Counted from the stretch's first letter, positions 28,101 to 37,170 are shown. The stretch: 37,459 nt of DNA from Verrucomicrobiota bacterium (GCA_040754135.1 JBFMDG010000002.1:1-37459); one strand, 5' to 3'. A program made the numbers and translations. The notes: generated by a model from the letters alone, not told the origin.

Positions 28101-28597
28101 AAGTCTTCACCGATTTCGCCCGCTTCCAGCGCGAATACGGCGACGTGAGTGTGGTGCCGACAGCGCCATTTTTCTACGGACTCAAACCGCGCGATGAGAT
28201 CAGCGTCGAGATCGAGGAAGGCAAAACGCTTTTCATCCGGCTCGTCAATGTCGGTGCGCCGGACAAGGACGGGCGCCGCACCGTGACTTACGAGTTGAAC
28301 GGCATGACGCGTGAGACGCACATCGCGGACAAATCGGTCAAAGCGGTCGCGAAAGCGCGGCCCAAGGCCGATCCCGCCGATCCGCTGCAGGTCGGCGCGC
28401 CCATCCCAGGGATTGTCACGAGCGTGAACGTGAGCGTCGGCGCCAAGGTCGCCAAAGGCGATAAGCTCTTCACGATGGAAGCGATGAAAATGCAGACGAC
28501 GATTTATGCCCAGGCGGACGGGATTGTGGCCGAGATCAATGTGGCCGTGAGCGAGAGCGTTGAAAGCAAAGATTTGCTGGCGCGAATCCGGAGTTGA
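25130..28597 (+). CDS. pyc: Pyruvate carboxylase (single-chain BC-CT-BCCP)
   Basis: Biotin carboxylase motifs ANRSEIA, HPGYGFLSEN, RDCSVQRRHQK, EMNPRIQVEH; carboxyltransferase motifs DTTFRDAHQSL, EMWGGATFD, HFHTHD; biotinylation motif EAMKM; 1155 aa. Confidence 0.98.
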   Translation: MSSGAEPKQFTKLLAANRSEIAIRIFRAATELGLRTVAIYAQEDRLSVHRFKADEAYLVGQGKGPVGAYLDIEGIVALAKEKGVDLIHPGYGFLSENAEFARACAGAGITFVGPRPELLDMMGDKTAARRLAERIKVPTLKGTDEPITDRAEALKVARSIGFPLIIKAAFGGGGRGMRVVHKAADLDNLLDEAQAEAGRAFGNPAVFLEKYIARAKHIEVQVLGDKHGNVLHLHERDCSVQRRHQKVVEVAPSIGLDAHVRQELCLAAARIAKEINYDNAGTVEFLFDLDRNEWFFIEMNPRIQVEHTVTEVITGIDLVRAQILIAQGHSMFAPGVGLPPQDQVPRMGYAIQSRITTEDPENKFTPDYGKILTYRSAGGFGIRLDGGMGYAGAMITPFYDSLLVKLTTSGQTFSIALQRMDRALREFRIRGVKTNIPFLENLIHNPTFASGQATTTLIDTTPELFSFKPRKDRATKLLNFLGDVIVNGNPHAKGHKLTDGVPQVAPPVYDHRTIPAKATRDLLLELGPKQFAEWVLKQKRLLITDTTFRDAHQSLMATRVRSYDMLAVAGAVARRTPELFSLEMWGGATFDTAMRFLREDPWQRLRQLRQAIPNICFQMLFRGSNAVGYSNYPDNVVAGFVKHAASSGMDIFRIFDSLNYLPNLKVAMEAVHETHAICEAAICYTGNILDPKRSKYSLKYYVKLAKELERMGAHMLAIKDMAGLCRPHAANVLVKALKEEIGLPIHFHTHDSSGVNSAGILKASDAGVDVVDLAIASMSGSTSQPNLNSIVAALQHTPRHTGLNLEALNEFSDYWERVREIYAPFDTAPKTGSAEVYLHEMPGGQYTNLKEQAASLGLSNRWPEIARTYAEVNQLFGDIVKVTPSSKVVGDMTMFLITRGIKPADVVNLDPGVTPFPESVKDMLRGGLGQPMGGWPKQLQKVVLGQEKPLKGRPGADLPPIDFKAEKRSLAAKLKREITEDDLFSHLMYPEVFTDFARFQREYGDVSVVPTAPFFYGLKPRDEISVEIEEGKTLFIRLVNVGAPDKDGRRTVTYELNGMTRETHIADKSVKAVAKARPKADPADPLQVGAPIPGIVTSVNVSVGAKVAKGDKLFTMEAMKMQTTIYAQADGIVAEINVAVSESVESKDLLARIRS

Positions 28598-28605
28598 TTC
28601 CGCCG

Positions 28606-28640
28606 TCAGAATTGAACTGGAATGACCGGTTCGGTTTTGA
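28606..28640 (+). terminator. Possible terminator/stability hairpin after pyc
   Basis: tcagaattgaactgg-aatga-ccggttcggttttga can form ~15 bp including G-U pairs; no clean U-tract follows it. Confidence 0.3.
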
Positions 28641-28658
28641 AATGGTTGCCCCCGAAAT

Positions 28659-31600
28659 ATGCAAGGCGTTTGTGAGGTCGGTCGGAAGTTGTCCCTGATT
28701 TGTTTTCTGGTCTGGTCGATCCACGCTCAGACATTCATCGATAATTCGGGTGGTTTGCCGCGCACTTACAATTGGAGCACGAGCATTGGCGATTTTGATG
28801 CGGATGGGCGAATGGATCTGCTTTGTTTCAACAGCGGCAGCGAATCCCAGTTTGAGCCGGCGCTCTATCGTTTTCAGGAGGATCGCACGTTTGCCAAGGT
28901 GGCGACGAGTTTTCTCCCGAATCGTCAAGGATACGTGAAAAGTGTCTGGGCCGACGCGAACGGGGATGGGCGGCTCGATGTTTTGCTTGGCGCCAGCGGC
29001 GCCGCGAATCAGGCGCGAGTGACCGTCTGGCTGCAAAATCCCGATCGTTCATTCAGCGAGCAGCCGAACGAAATTCCAGGTCAACCATTGGGGTGGGTTG
29101 ATCTCGATAACGACGGGCAATTGGACATTGTGACCGAAAATCAGATTTTCTGGAACGATGGATTCACTTTCAGCAACAAGACATCGGTGCCGTTTTACTG
29201 GTCCCCGCATGCTTTGGATTGGGCGGACCTGGACAATGACGGCGATCTTGATCTCGTCTTGTCTGAACTGCAAAGTTCGAAGCTGTTTCGCAACGATGGT
29301 TTTCGGCATTTCACGGAAACAGGCGTGACACTTGGCCGCGGTTTGCTGGCCGATGTGAATGGCGATGGATGGCTGGATTCGATCTACAATCGCGACGAGG
29401 GACACACGTGGAAGACGATCGTTCAGTTCAATCAAGGCGGATTCCGATTCACCGAAACTGCGGTCGATACAGGCTGGGGGATATTCCAGGCTCATAAGGC
29501 GGCGGATTTTGACGGCGATGGGCTGCCGGATTTGCTTCTGATTTCGCACCCTCGCGGCATCGGTTTTCCTCCGCGCATTTATCGCAACAAGGGTGAGGCG
29601 CTTTTCGAACCGAGTCCGGTGACCATTCCTTCGATCATGGAAATACAATCCGCCACGGTGGTGGACATGGATGGGGACGCGGATCTCGATCTCGTGGCGT
29701 TCGGTCCGGATGCATTCATCGAACAAAGCCGCCATCATTTCCGCAACAACACTCCCGTGAGTGTTTCCCGTTCGGCTCCGGTCCGTCTCCGTTCACGTGT
29801 CATTGGCGATACCGTCGAATTGAGTTGGGACGCCGGAGATGCCGTGCCCGCGACGTTTAATTTGCGAATGGGACGAACCCCAGGTGCGGCGGATGTTGTG
29901 TCGCCGGCGTCGCTTCCAGATGGCCGGCGATTGATCCCTGCCATGGGGAACGCGCAAGCCTCGAAAAAATGGCGTGTCAGAAAATTACAGCCAGGAATCT
30001 ACTACTGGGCGGTGCAGGCAGTCGATTGGGGCTGGCGCGGTTCTCCATTTTCTGAAGAAGCTTCGTTTGAGGTGACAGAGCCGACGGTCGTTCTGCCGCC
30101 GCCTTTTATTTCAGAGATCGGCGCGGTGTTCACAGATGAAGATATCCGAACTCGCGAAATTCCTTTTACGATCGGCCCGGTCGAATCCGAATTGTCGGTG
30201 ACGATCGAATCGAACAATCCGAAGCTGACGCCGGCCAATGGCATCGATATTTCCGGGGAGGGTGCGAATCGTTCCATTGTGATCACACCGGCGCTGAATC
30301 AGAGCGGATCGGGCACACTCACGGTGCGCGTTGCGGACGTGGAAGGGCGCGTTGCCACACGCCCCTTTATCCTCACGGTGACGGCCGTGAACGATCTGCC
30401 GGTTATCGAGGAGATTCCGAATCAGATCACCTATGCGGGCGCAGGCCCTTTGATTGTTCCTCTGGCGATCACGGATGCGGAATCGCCCGTTTGGCCATCG
30501 AGGCTTCCATGGGAGCCAGGCCCGCGCGAGCCGATCCTCAGCACGAATCTCACCGTCAAATTCCGATCGTCCGATCAACAACTGGTTCCCGACAGCGGGT
30601 TGAAGTTGACCGGATCGAAGCTTGAAATCAATCCCGTCGCAAATCGCACCGGTTCAGTTTTCATCCATGTAACGGCGAGTGATGGCGCGTCTGAAACGGC
30701 CCTCAGTTTCGTCCTGTTGATTCTGGCGTCGCCCATGCAACCGGCGGGACCTCTGCTGGAAGGGGCAAATCCACTTTGGGGTGATTTCAACAATGATGGC
30801 CGGCTCGATCTGATTCTCGGGTCACGCCTTTATTTGAATTCTGCGAATGGCCTGGTTGAAAGCTCTGTTTCGCTCCCGCCCAATTCATACGGTGGAATCG
30901 CCGCTTTCGATTTGGACCGCGACAACGACCTGGACCTGCTGCAAATCAATTCGGAGGCCGTTCGACTGCTTCGCAATCAAGGCGATGCCACCTTTGTTTT
31001 GCATCCGCCCGGTTCCATTCCGCGATTGTGGTTTCCCGCGATTGTTCCAACGGATGTGGATAATGATGGGGACACAGACTTGTTCGTTGGCGGATCGGTC
31101 GATGGGCCGATTTACACGTTTCGGTTGTTCCTTCAAGAGAATGGTTCGTTTCGCAGTGCGAGTGTGCCGATCAGCAATGCCGGTTTGAGTTTTCAGACGG
31201 CGGATATCGACCACGATGGCTGGCTCGACCTCTTGTTTTGGGGGACGCTGAACAATACCGCCACCACGCGGCACGGCATTTATCGCGGAATTGGCGGCGG
31301 ACGCTTCGGCCCGCTCGAGTCATTTCCATCCACGTTCGAGCCGCTCAATCCGTTTGGGATCGAGGACATCAACTCCGATGGCTGGGTGGATTTGTGGCAG
31401 CTCTCCACGAGCGGCTTGAGGCTTTATCAGAATCGCGCCGGTGCATTTGAACTCACCACCACATTAGCGGACCGGCCGCTCGACTGGATCGATTGGGATA
31501 ACGATGGGGACCTGGATTTTTTGAGCCGCACGAATTTTGTCAGGAACGATGGCGAGTTCCAATTCTCGAGCCGCCTCTCGCCGCTGGCAGGGCTGAGCGG

Positions 31601-32858
31601 TCCGGAAGCCTGGCTGGCGGATTATGACAATGACGGCGCGATGGATGCCCTGCTCAGCCAATACAACAGTTCGACTCGTCTGTATGAAGGCGTCCGGTTA
31701 TACAAAAATCTTTCGACGGTTCTCAACCCGCCACCAGCCGCGCCTCGCAATCTGTCCGCAACCGCTGACGGACGGAAGGTGACGTTCGCATGGACGCCAC
31801 CGGAAGACTTAAACCAACGCTCGGGATTCACTTACAATGTGCGCGTCGGCACCACTCCCGGCGGTTCGGAAATCCTATCGGCGTCGGCGCTTGCCAATGG
31901 AAAGCTGCTTTTCGTGAGCGGAGGAAATGCCGGTGGCCGCAGCTTTCTGATGCTCACTAATCTGACCCGCGAAATTTATTTTTGGTCGGTTCAGGCGATT
32001 GACCACAATTTCGCCGGAGGTCCGTTCGCCGTAGAGCAACGCGTTCTGGTGCCGCAACCGAACAATTTGCCGCCGGTCATTTCCGATCTCGGCCCGGTCC
32101 ATTTGCTCGAGAATTCGATGGCTGAAGTGACCTTCACGGTGAACGACGACTTGTCGGCATTGCCGATGATCACCGTGAGAGCGTTCCCTTCCGATCCGAT
32201 CTTGTTGCCTCCGTCGAAGCTCGAACTCACCACGGCCAATCACTCGGAATATTCTCTGAAAATCGTTCCGGCGACCAATTTGTATGGATCGGCGACGATG
32301 CGCATCGAGGTCACAGATCTTTCCGGAGCTGTGACGATCCGTCAGTTCGAGGTGAATGTTGCGAATGTGAATCAGGCGCCAATTTCGCGGAAGCACCAGT
32401 TGAAGTTGAACGAAGACAGCCGCATTACCTTTGTTCCGACGACGGATCCGGATGGCGACCCATTGACTTATGCTTTGATTCAGCGGCCCAGTCGTGGGGA
32501 GTTGATCCTGGAGCAAAATGCTTATGTTTATGAGCCGCACCCGAACGCATTCGGGATGGACCAGGCATTGATTGAGGCGGTGGATCCCGGAGGCTTGAGG
32601 GCATTAATCCAGGTGAGTTTTGAAATTGTTGCGGTGCCCGATGCCAGTGCCAGTTCGTTCTCATTCCAGATGCTCGAGGGGATGCCGGTGTTTACGCTTC
32701 ATGCGGAGCCTTACGCATTTTACGTCATTGAATCGAGTGAAGATCTTTTGCAATGGATCGCCGGCGAACCGCTCTCGAGTCCAACGGGGGAAATCAGTTT
32801 CAGGCCGGCTTTGCAGGCGCCGTTAAGCCGTTTTTATCGTGCCCGGCGCATTGACTAA
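28659..32858 (+). CDS. Secreted FG-GAP/VCBS repeat protein with two propeller+FN3-like modules and cadherin/Ig-like domains
   Basis: Signal-peptide-like N-terminus (LSLICFLVWSIHA|Q). Many DxDxDGxLDL repeats in two blocks, each followed by (F/Y)N.R.G.TPG...Y(Y/F)W.VQA.D. VNDLP/VNQAP...ED and DPDGDPLTY cadherin-like motifs. C-terminal YVIESSEDLLQW...RFYRARR. Confidence 0.88.
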   Translation: MQGVCEVGRKLSLICFLVWSIHAQTFIDNSGGLPRTYNWSTSIGDFDADGRMDLLCFNSGSESQFEPALYRFQEDRTFAKVATSFLPNRQGYVKSVWADANGDGRLDVLLGASGAANQARVTVWLQNPDRSFSEQPNEIPGQPLGWVDLDNDGQLDIVTENQIFWNDGFTFSNKTSVPFYWSPHALDWADLDNDGDLDLVLSELQSSKLFRNDGFRHFTETGVTLGRGLLADVNGDGWLDSIYNRDEGHTWKTIVQFNQGGFRFTETAVDTGWGIFQAHKAADFDGDGLPDLLLISHPRGIGFPPRIYRNKGEALFEPSPVTIPSIMEIQSATVVDMDGDADLDLVAFGPDAFIEQSRHHFRNNTPVSVSRSAPVRLRSRVIGDTVELSWDAGDAVPATFNLRMGRTPGAADVVSPASLPDGRRLIPAMGNAQASKKWRVRKLQPGIYYWAVQAVDWGWRGSPFSEEASFEVTEPTVVLPPPFISEIGAVFTDEDIRTREIPFTIGPVESELSVTIESNNPKLTPANGIDISGEGANRSIVITPALNQSGSGTLTVRVADVEGRVATRPFILTVTAVNDLPVIEEIPNQITYAGAGPLIVPLAITDAESPVWPSRLPWEPGPREPILSTNLTVKFRSSDQQLVPDSGLKLTGSKLEINPVANRTGSVFIHVTASDGASETALSFVLLILASPMQPAGPLLEGANPLWGDFNNDGRLDLILGSRLYLNSANGLVESSVSLPPNSYGGIAAFDLDRDNDLDLLQINSEAVRLLRNQGDATFVLHPPGSIPRLWFPAIVPTDVDNDGDTDLFVGGSVDGPIYTFRLFLQENGSFRSASVPISNAGLSFQTADIDHDGWLDLLFWGTLNNTATTRHGIYRGIGGGRFGPLESFPSTFEPLNPFGIEDINSDGWVDLWQLSTSGLRLYQNRAGAFELTTTLADRPLDWIDWDNDGDLDFLSRTNFVRNDGEFQFSSRLSPLAGLSGPEAWLADYDNDGAMDALLSQYNSSTRLYEGVRLYKNLSTVLNPPPAAPRNLSATADGRKVTFAWTPPEDLNQRSGFTYNVRVGTTPGGSEILSASALANGKLLFVSGGNAGGRSFLMLTNLTREIYFWSVQAIDHNFAGGPFAVEQRVLVPQPNNLPPVISDLGPVHLLENSMAEVTFTVNDDLSALPMITVRAFPSDPILLPPSKLELTTANHSEYSLKIVPATNLYGSATMRIEVTDLSGAVTIRQFEVNVANVNQAPISRKHQLKLNEDSRITFVPTTDPDGDPLTYALIQRPSRGELILEQNAYVYEPHPNAFGMDQALIEAVDPGGLRALIQVSFEIVAVPDASASSFSFQMLEGMPVFTLHAEPYAFYVIESSEDLLQWIAGEPLSSPTGEISFRPALQAPLSRFYRARRID

Positions 32859-32870
32859 CGAACGAGCAGA

Positions 32871-32897
32871 GGCACGGAATTAAAACGAGCCCGTGCC
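32871..32897. terminator. Inverted repeat between convergent genes
   Basis: ggcacgg-13 nt-ccgtgcc in the 55-nt gap between two stop codons; no U-tract. Confidence 0.3.
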
Positions 32898-32913
32898 GAA
32901 CGTTGCAAGCGGC

Positions 32914-33621
32914 TCAATACCTTTGTTCGCGCCAATCATCGACGGTCATTCGGCGGGTGTTCATCCAGCTCGCGTGGCCGTCGAAAAACATCAGGTTGCT
33001 TCCTTTGCCGTGGCGCGTGGCGGCGACACGGCGTTCGCCACTCAACGGAGCATTCGTTGAACGGTAAGGCAGATGGGTCGGAGCCCAGACATCATTGCGG
33101 TCGTCGCCGCCGAAAATGCTTGTGGCTGTGAACACGGGACGCCAGGAACCGCTTTCATTATCGGCGAAGTAAATGGTTTGCACCGGCATTTGGACGCGGG
33201 TGATTTTGGTCAGGCCGATCACCTCGGAACCGACGGTATCTCTCGGACTGCTGAACTGCCAGGCATTGACGACATAACACATGACCTGTCTTTTGTCCGG
33301 GTAACTTGGGCAGGTGTAAACTTTGATCCGTTTGTATTGATCCCGCGCGGCGGCGTTTCCGCCCAGGAAAGGGATGTACAGCTGCCACCAAAAAGGGGCG
33401 TTGCCACGCGGAATGAATCCGTTGTTGTCGTCGGCATACATCATCATGGCCAACCCCATTTGCTTCAGGTTATTGTAGCAACTGGTCTTTTTGGCTTTGT
33501 CTTTCGCACTGCTTATGGCGGGCAACAGCATCCCGGCCAATATGGCGATGATGGCAATGACGACGAGGAGTTCGATCAATGTGAAGGCCAAAGCAGGCCG
33601 TGTGTCTCTCCGAATGGGCAT
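32914..33621 (-). CDS. Prepilin-type N-terminal cleavage/methylation protein with C-terminal H-X9-DG motif
   Basis: A|[54 protein letters not shown]. The likely start is ATG 33621 (MPIRRD...), not 33951. Confidence 0.92.
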   Translation of the reverse strand: MPIRRDTRPALAFTLIELLVVIAIIAILAGMLLPAISSAKDKAKKTSCYNNLKQMGLAMMMYADDNNGFIPRGNAPFWWQLYIPFLGGNAAARDQYKRIKVYTCPSYPDKRQVMCYVVNAWQFSSPRDTVGSEVIGLTKITRVQMPVQTIYFADNESGSWRPVFTATSIFGGDDRNDVWAPTHLPYRSTNAPLSGERRVAATRHGKGSNLMFFDGHASWMNTRRMTVDDWREQRY

Positions 33622-33648
33622 AGGCACTCGTGGTTGTTGGGTCCTTGG

Positions 33649-33677
33649 TTGATACCGTTGTGCGCAGGACGGAGCAA
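33649..33677 (-). promoter_or_regulatory. Putative sigma70 promoter of the prepilin-like gene
   Basis: Minus strand reads TTGCTC-17 nt-TATCAA, preceded by a T-tract, 27 nt upstream of the ATG. Confidence 0.4.
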
Positions 33678-33700
33678 GAAAAAAGAACGGCAATTCGCCA

Positions 33701-33736
33701 GGTGAGCTTGGTGAGCTTGGTGAGCTTGGTGACCTC
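33701..33736. repeat. 9-nt tandem repeat (GGTGAGCTT x3 + degenerate copy)
   Basis: ggtgagctt ggtgagctt ggtgagctt ggtgacctc; overlaps hairpin acctcggc-caggct-gccgaggt (33732-33753). Confidence 0.85.
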
Positions 33737-33826
33737 GGCCAGGCTGCCGAGGTTTGGCGAGGGCTTGCGAGTATGAAAACCGCCCTTGCGCTCAGGCAAT
33801 CATCCGAGGGCGGATCAGCTCGATGC

Positions 33827-34960
33827 TTATAGCGATTTAGCAGAGAAGTGAGGCAGGTGCACTTCGACGACCGTTCCTTTTCCGGGAGTGCTGGAAAAGG
33901 AAATCTGGCCGTCATGCAATTCCACAATCTCACGGCAAATGCCCAGGCCAAGGCCTTCTTTCGAGGATTCCACGGCTGCGGGAACGATGCTTTCGTGCAG
34001 TGTCACTGGATTCATCCCCACACCCTGATCAATGATGCGAATCCGGATGGCGGATTGGCGGTGGGAAGGGCGAACGTGATGCAATTGAATTAAGACCTCT
34101 GCGCCAACCGGCGAGGCTTCGATGGCATTGGAAAGCAGGTTGAGAATGAGTCGGTGAATCAAAACGCCATCGGCCAGCATGACTGTCCGAGTGGGCGCTT
34201 CCAGCAAAACGCGAATGTTTTTGTTCGCGGCTTTCGGACGGATCAGTTCGACGGCCTGGCCCAATAATGCCTCGAGACGCACTTGCTCGCGGTAGGGTTG
34301 TCGATGACCGGAATAATAGCGGGCGCGTTCGACGCAGGCCTGAATCATTTCCAGATTCTTGATGGCCAGCGAGACCAGTTCCTGATGTTGAGGCGTGGTT
34401 TGGTTTGAGGCGCGGCAGTACTGCAGGAAGACGGACAGCGGGATTAAAAGATTTTCTAGATCGTGGGCAAGTCCGTTCGAGAGGTGGCCTACCAAATCAA
34501 GACTGCGAGTTTCTTTGAATTTGTAAACCACCACGCTGAGCAATCGAATCGAGAATCGCACCAGACTGACTACCTTGTCATTCAATGGCGATTGTGGATG
34601 CGCCAGCAGCATGACGCCAAGAAACTGGCGGCGATACTCGAGGCGCAGGCAGGTTTGGAAACCAAGCGACTCGAGTTTGCGCCTGAGATTCTGTCGTTGC
34701 TCCGATTCCAAAGGCGCGTGTGATTCCGCCTTCGCAATGGGAGTGATCAGATCGCAAGATTCTGCGCGCAATGCCTTCACCAGTTGCTCGAGATCTGACG
34801 GAGCAGGTTCGGTTTGCGTGGGGGGAAACATTCGCAAAAGCTCGATTTGCGAGGATCGGTTTCGAATCAGCGCCACCGCGGAAGAGCGCACAGGCAGGGC
34901 CTCGATGACGAACCGATGCCATTCATCGAGGAGACAATGAAGTTCGGGTTGCCAGTCCAT
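33827..34960 (-). CDS. Soluble sensor histidine kinase (HisKA + HATPase_c)
   Basis: H-box [10 protein letters not shown]-box [11 protein letters not shown]1 DQGVGM, G2 GLGLGI, PGKGT. ATG 34960 is preceded by purine-rich AAGGAAAGGT; the start is uncertain. Confidence 0.85.
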   Translation of the reverse strand: MDWQPELHCLLDEWHRFVIEALPVRSSAVALIRNRSSQIELLRMFPPTQTEPAPSDLEQLVKALRAESCDLITPIAKAESHAPLESEQRQNLRRKLESLGFQTCLRLEYRRQFLGVMLLAHPQSPLNDKVVSLVRFSIRLLSVVVYKFKETRSLDLVGHLSNGLAHDLENLLIPLSVFLQYCRASNQTTPQHQELVSLAIKNLEMIQACVERARYYSGHRQPYREQVRLEALLGQAVELIRPKAANKNIRVLLEAPTRTVMLADGVLIHRLILNLLSNAIEASPVGAEVLIQLHHVRPSHRQSAIRIRIIDQGVGMNPVTLHESIVPAAVESSKEGLGLGICREIVELHDGQISFSSTPGKGTVVEVHLPHFSAKSL

Positions 34961-35290
34961 ACCTTTCCTTGGTTGTTCCCGTTTTGAATGAATCTGGCGA
35001 AAGTCATGGCGACGTCCTCTTCGCGACAGCCACGCCCACCCGCATCCATGCCGGGGGCCCAATCAGGAACATTTAAGGACGGAGCGCCTGCAATCCTTTC
35101 GCGGAATCTGTTGCTTTGCCCGATTGGTTACTGGCCTCTTGTAAACCGAGGCAAAACAAAACTCAATTTGAATCTGACTCTCATTGCGAAATGATGCGAG
35201 GCTCCTGGCCGGGGATGGCTCAGCGCCACGCTTCCCCTCGCGCAATCAAAGCGGTTGACTTGTCGCTGAAATCCGATTGCTTTGAGGCCT

Positions 35291-36262
35291 ATGCAGGATC
35301 GCACGCTCCTTATCGTGAGCGACATACATTACGCAGGTGAACGGGAAAAAGAACGCAAAGATTTCGAAATCAAATGCACCAATTCCTCCTGGCAACGATG
35401 CTTTTTGAGATTGTATCGACGCCATTTTTGGATGCGCGATCCCTTTGCTCACAATCATCTCCTCGATCGGTTTTTGAACGAGGCGCCGCCGGTGGATCGA
35501 GTGATTGCTAATGGCGATTTCTCCTGCGACAGCGCGTTTGTCGGCGTGTGTGATGCGGCGGCGTTTGCCAGCGCCGAGGAGTGCTTGCACAAACTGCGCG
35601 CCCGCTTTCGTGAATTATTATTGGCCACGATCGGCGATCATGAATTGGGCAAGACGAGCCTCGTTGGCGGAAAAGGCGGATTACGGCTCGAAAGTTGGAA
35701 TCGCGCCGTGGAAGGACTGCAATTGAAGCCGTTCTGGAGAATCGAGCTTGAGGACTATTTGCTGATTGGGATCACCTCATCACTGGTAGCGTTGCCTGTT
35801 TATGGTCAGGAGGCGTTGGTGGAAGAATTGCCGGCCTGGGAGCGATTACGCGCGGCGCATCTTGAATCGATTCGAATGACTTTCGCCGAAGTTCGAGCGG
35901 GTCAGCGCCTCCTGCTTTTCTGTCATGATCCAACCGCGTTGCCATTTCTTTGGGAGGAGGCAGCGGTGCGCGCAAAATCGAGCCAGATCGAATGCACGGT
36001 GATCGGGCATTTGCACACGCGCATTATTTTTTGGAAGAGCCGCGCTCTGGCCGGTTTTCCGCGAATTACACGCTGCGGACCAGCCATTCGCCGCATGAGT
36101 TCCGCCTTGCGCCGGGCGCGGCATTGGAAACCGTTTAAACCAATCCTTTGTCCATCGTTAAGCGGGATCGAATTGATGAAGCGGGGAGGGTACTTAAGCG
36201 CGCATTTGCCCGCCGATCCTCAGCGGCCGGTGCAATTCCGCCTCCACGTGATGCGGCGCTGA
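35291..36262 (+). CDS. Calcineurin-like metallophosphoesterase
   Basis: VSDIHY, NGDFSCD, IGDHE, FCHDP and IGHLH motifs in canonical order; ATG 35291 preferred over TTG 35282. Confidence 0.85.
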   Translation: MQDRTLLIVSDIHYAGEREKERKDFEIKCTNSSWQRCFLRLYRRHFWMRDPFAHNHLLDRFLNEAPPVDRVIANGDFSCDSAFVGVCDAAAFASAEECLHKLRARFRELLLATIGDHELGKTSLVGGKGGLRLESWNRAVEGLQLKPFWRIELEDYLLIGITSSLVALPVYGQEALVEELPAWERLRAAHLESIRMTFAEVRAGQRLLLFCHDPTALPFLWEEAAVRAKSSQIECTVIGHLHTRIIFWKSRALAGFPRITRCGPAIRRMSSALRRARHWKPFKPILCPSLSGIELMKRGGYLSAHLPADPQRPVQFRLHVMRR

Positions 36263-36264
36263 AC

Positions 36265-37170
36265 TCAGACCAATGCGTCAGGGTAAACGCGCGGGATCTT
36301 GTTCAAGATACGAACCATGTGCGACGATTTGTTCAGAACGTAAAAGTGAATGCCAGGCGCGCCGCGCGCGATCAATTCCGTGGCCTGTGTAATCGTCTGG
36401 CGAACCCCCAGTGCTTCCGATTTTGCGGGATCATCGCCCACCGCATCCAGTTCGGCGCGCAAATCCTCCGGCAAACACGCGCCGCACATCGAGGTAATCT
36501 TGACCACTTGTTTTGCGGAGACCACCGGCAACAAGCCGGGCACGATCGGAACTCGAATGCCAATCTCCCGCGCGGAGTTCAGGAACCGAAAATAAGCGGC
36601 GTTGTTGTAAAAAAGCTGCGTGATGACGCAATCAGCGCCGGCTTCGACTTTGCGTTTCAAATTGGCCAGGTCCGTGGCCAAATCAGGCGCTTCCAAATGC
36701 TTTTCCGGATATCCCGCCACCGCGATTCCAAACGGTCCCAATCCTCGATTGCGTTCCATGGCGCGAATGTGTGCCACCAATTCGTTGGCGTTCGCAAATC
36801 CGTCCGGAGGGGGAGTGAATGTGGTTTCGCCTTTTGGCGGATCGCCACGGAGAGCCACGATATTCCGGATCCCCGCCTGGTGGATGTCGGTCAGAATGCG
36901 GTCCAACTCCGCCTTGGACGAGCCGACGCAGGTCAAATGGCATGCGGTGGGCATTCCGAACCGATTCTGAATGAGCGCAGCAATTTCCAGTGTGCGATCG
37001 CGCGTTGTGCCGAGCGCACCGTAGGTTACCGTCATGAAGTCCGGTCTTAACGCGACGAGTTCGGGGAGGATTTGCAGCAGATTTTGGAATGCCGCATCCG
37101 TTTTCGGCGGAAAGACTTCAAACGAAATGATCGGTCGGCGTTGCGAACTGTAGATATCGGAAAGGCGCAA
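36265..37170 (-). CDS. metF: 5,10-methylenetetrahydrofolate reductase
   Basis: ISFEVFPPKT, VTYGA, HLTCVG, ALRGDPP, AGYPEKH, KVEAGAD, ITQLFY, GIHFYVLN. TTG 37170 has GGAGG 5 nt upstream; TTG 37182 is an alternative start. Confidence 0.96.
   Translation of the reverse strand: MRLSDIYSSQRRPIISFEVFPPKTDAAFQNLLQILPELVALRPDFMTVTYGALGTTRDRTLEIAALIQNRFGMPTACHLTCVGSSKAELDRILTDIHQAGIRNIVALRGDPPKGETTFTPPPDGFANANELVAHIRAMERNRGLGPFGIAVAGYPEKHLEAPDLATDLANLKRKVEAGADCVITQLFYNNAAYFRFLNSAREIGIRVPIVPGLLPVVSAKQVVKITSMCGACLPEDLRAELDAVGDDPAKSEALGVRQTITQATELIARGAPGIHFYVLNKSSHMVRILNKIPRVYPDALV

Noticed and set aside
33622-33951. 110-aa N-terminal extension of the prepilin-like ORF
   Set aside because: Overlaps the kinase 3' end, the 9-mer repeat and the promoter; prepilin leaders are short, so ATG 33621 fits better.
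35211-35237. gggga...tcccc inverted repeat between the kinase and phosphoesterase genes
   Set aside because: Only 5-bp perfect arms, which is expected by chance at this GC content; a REP identity cannot be supported from one copy.
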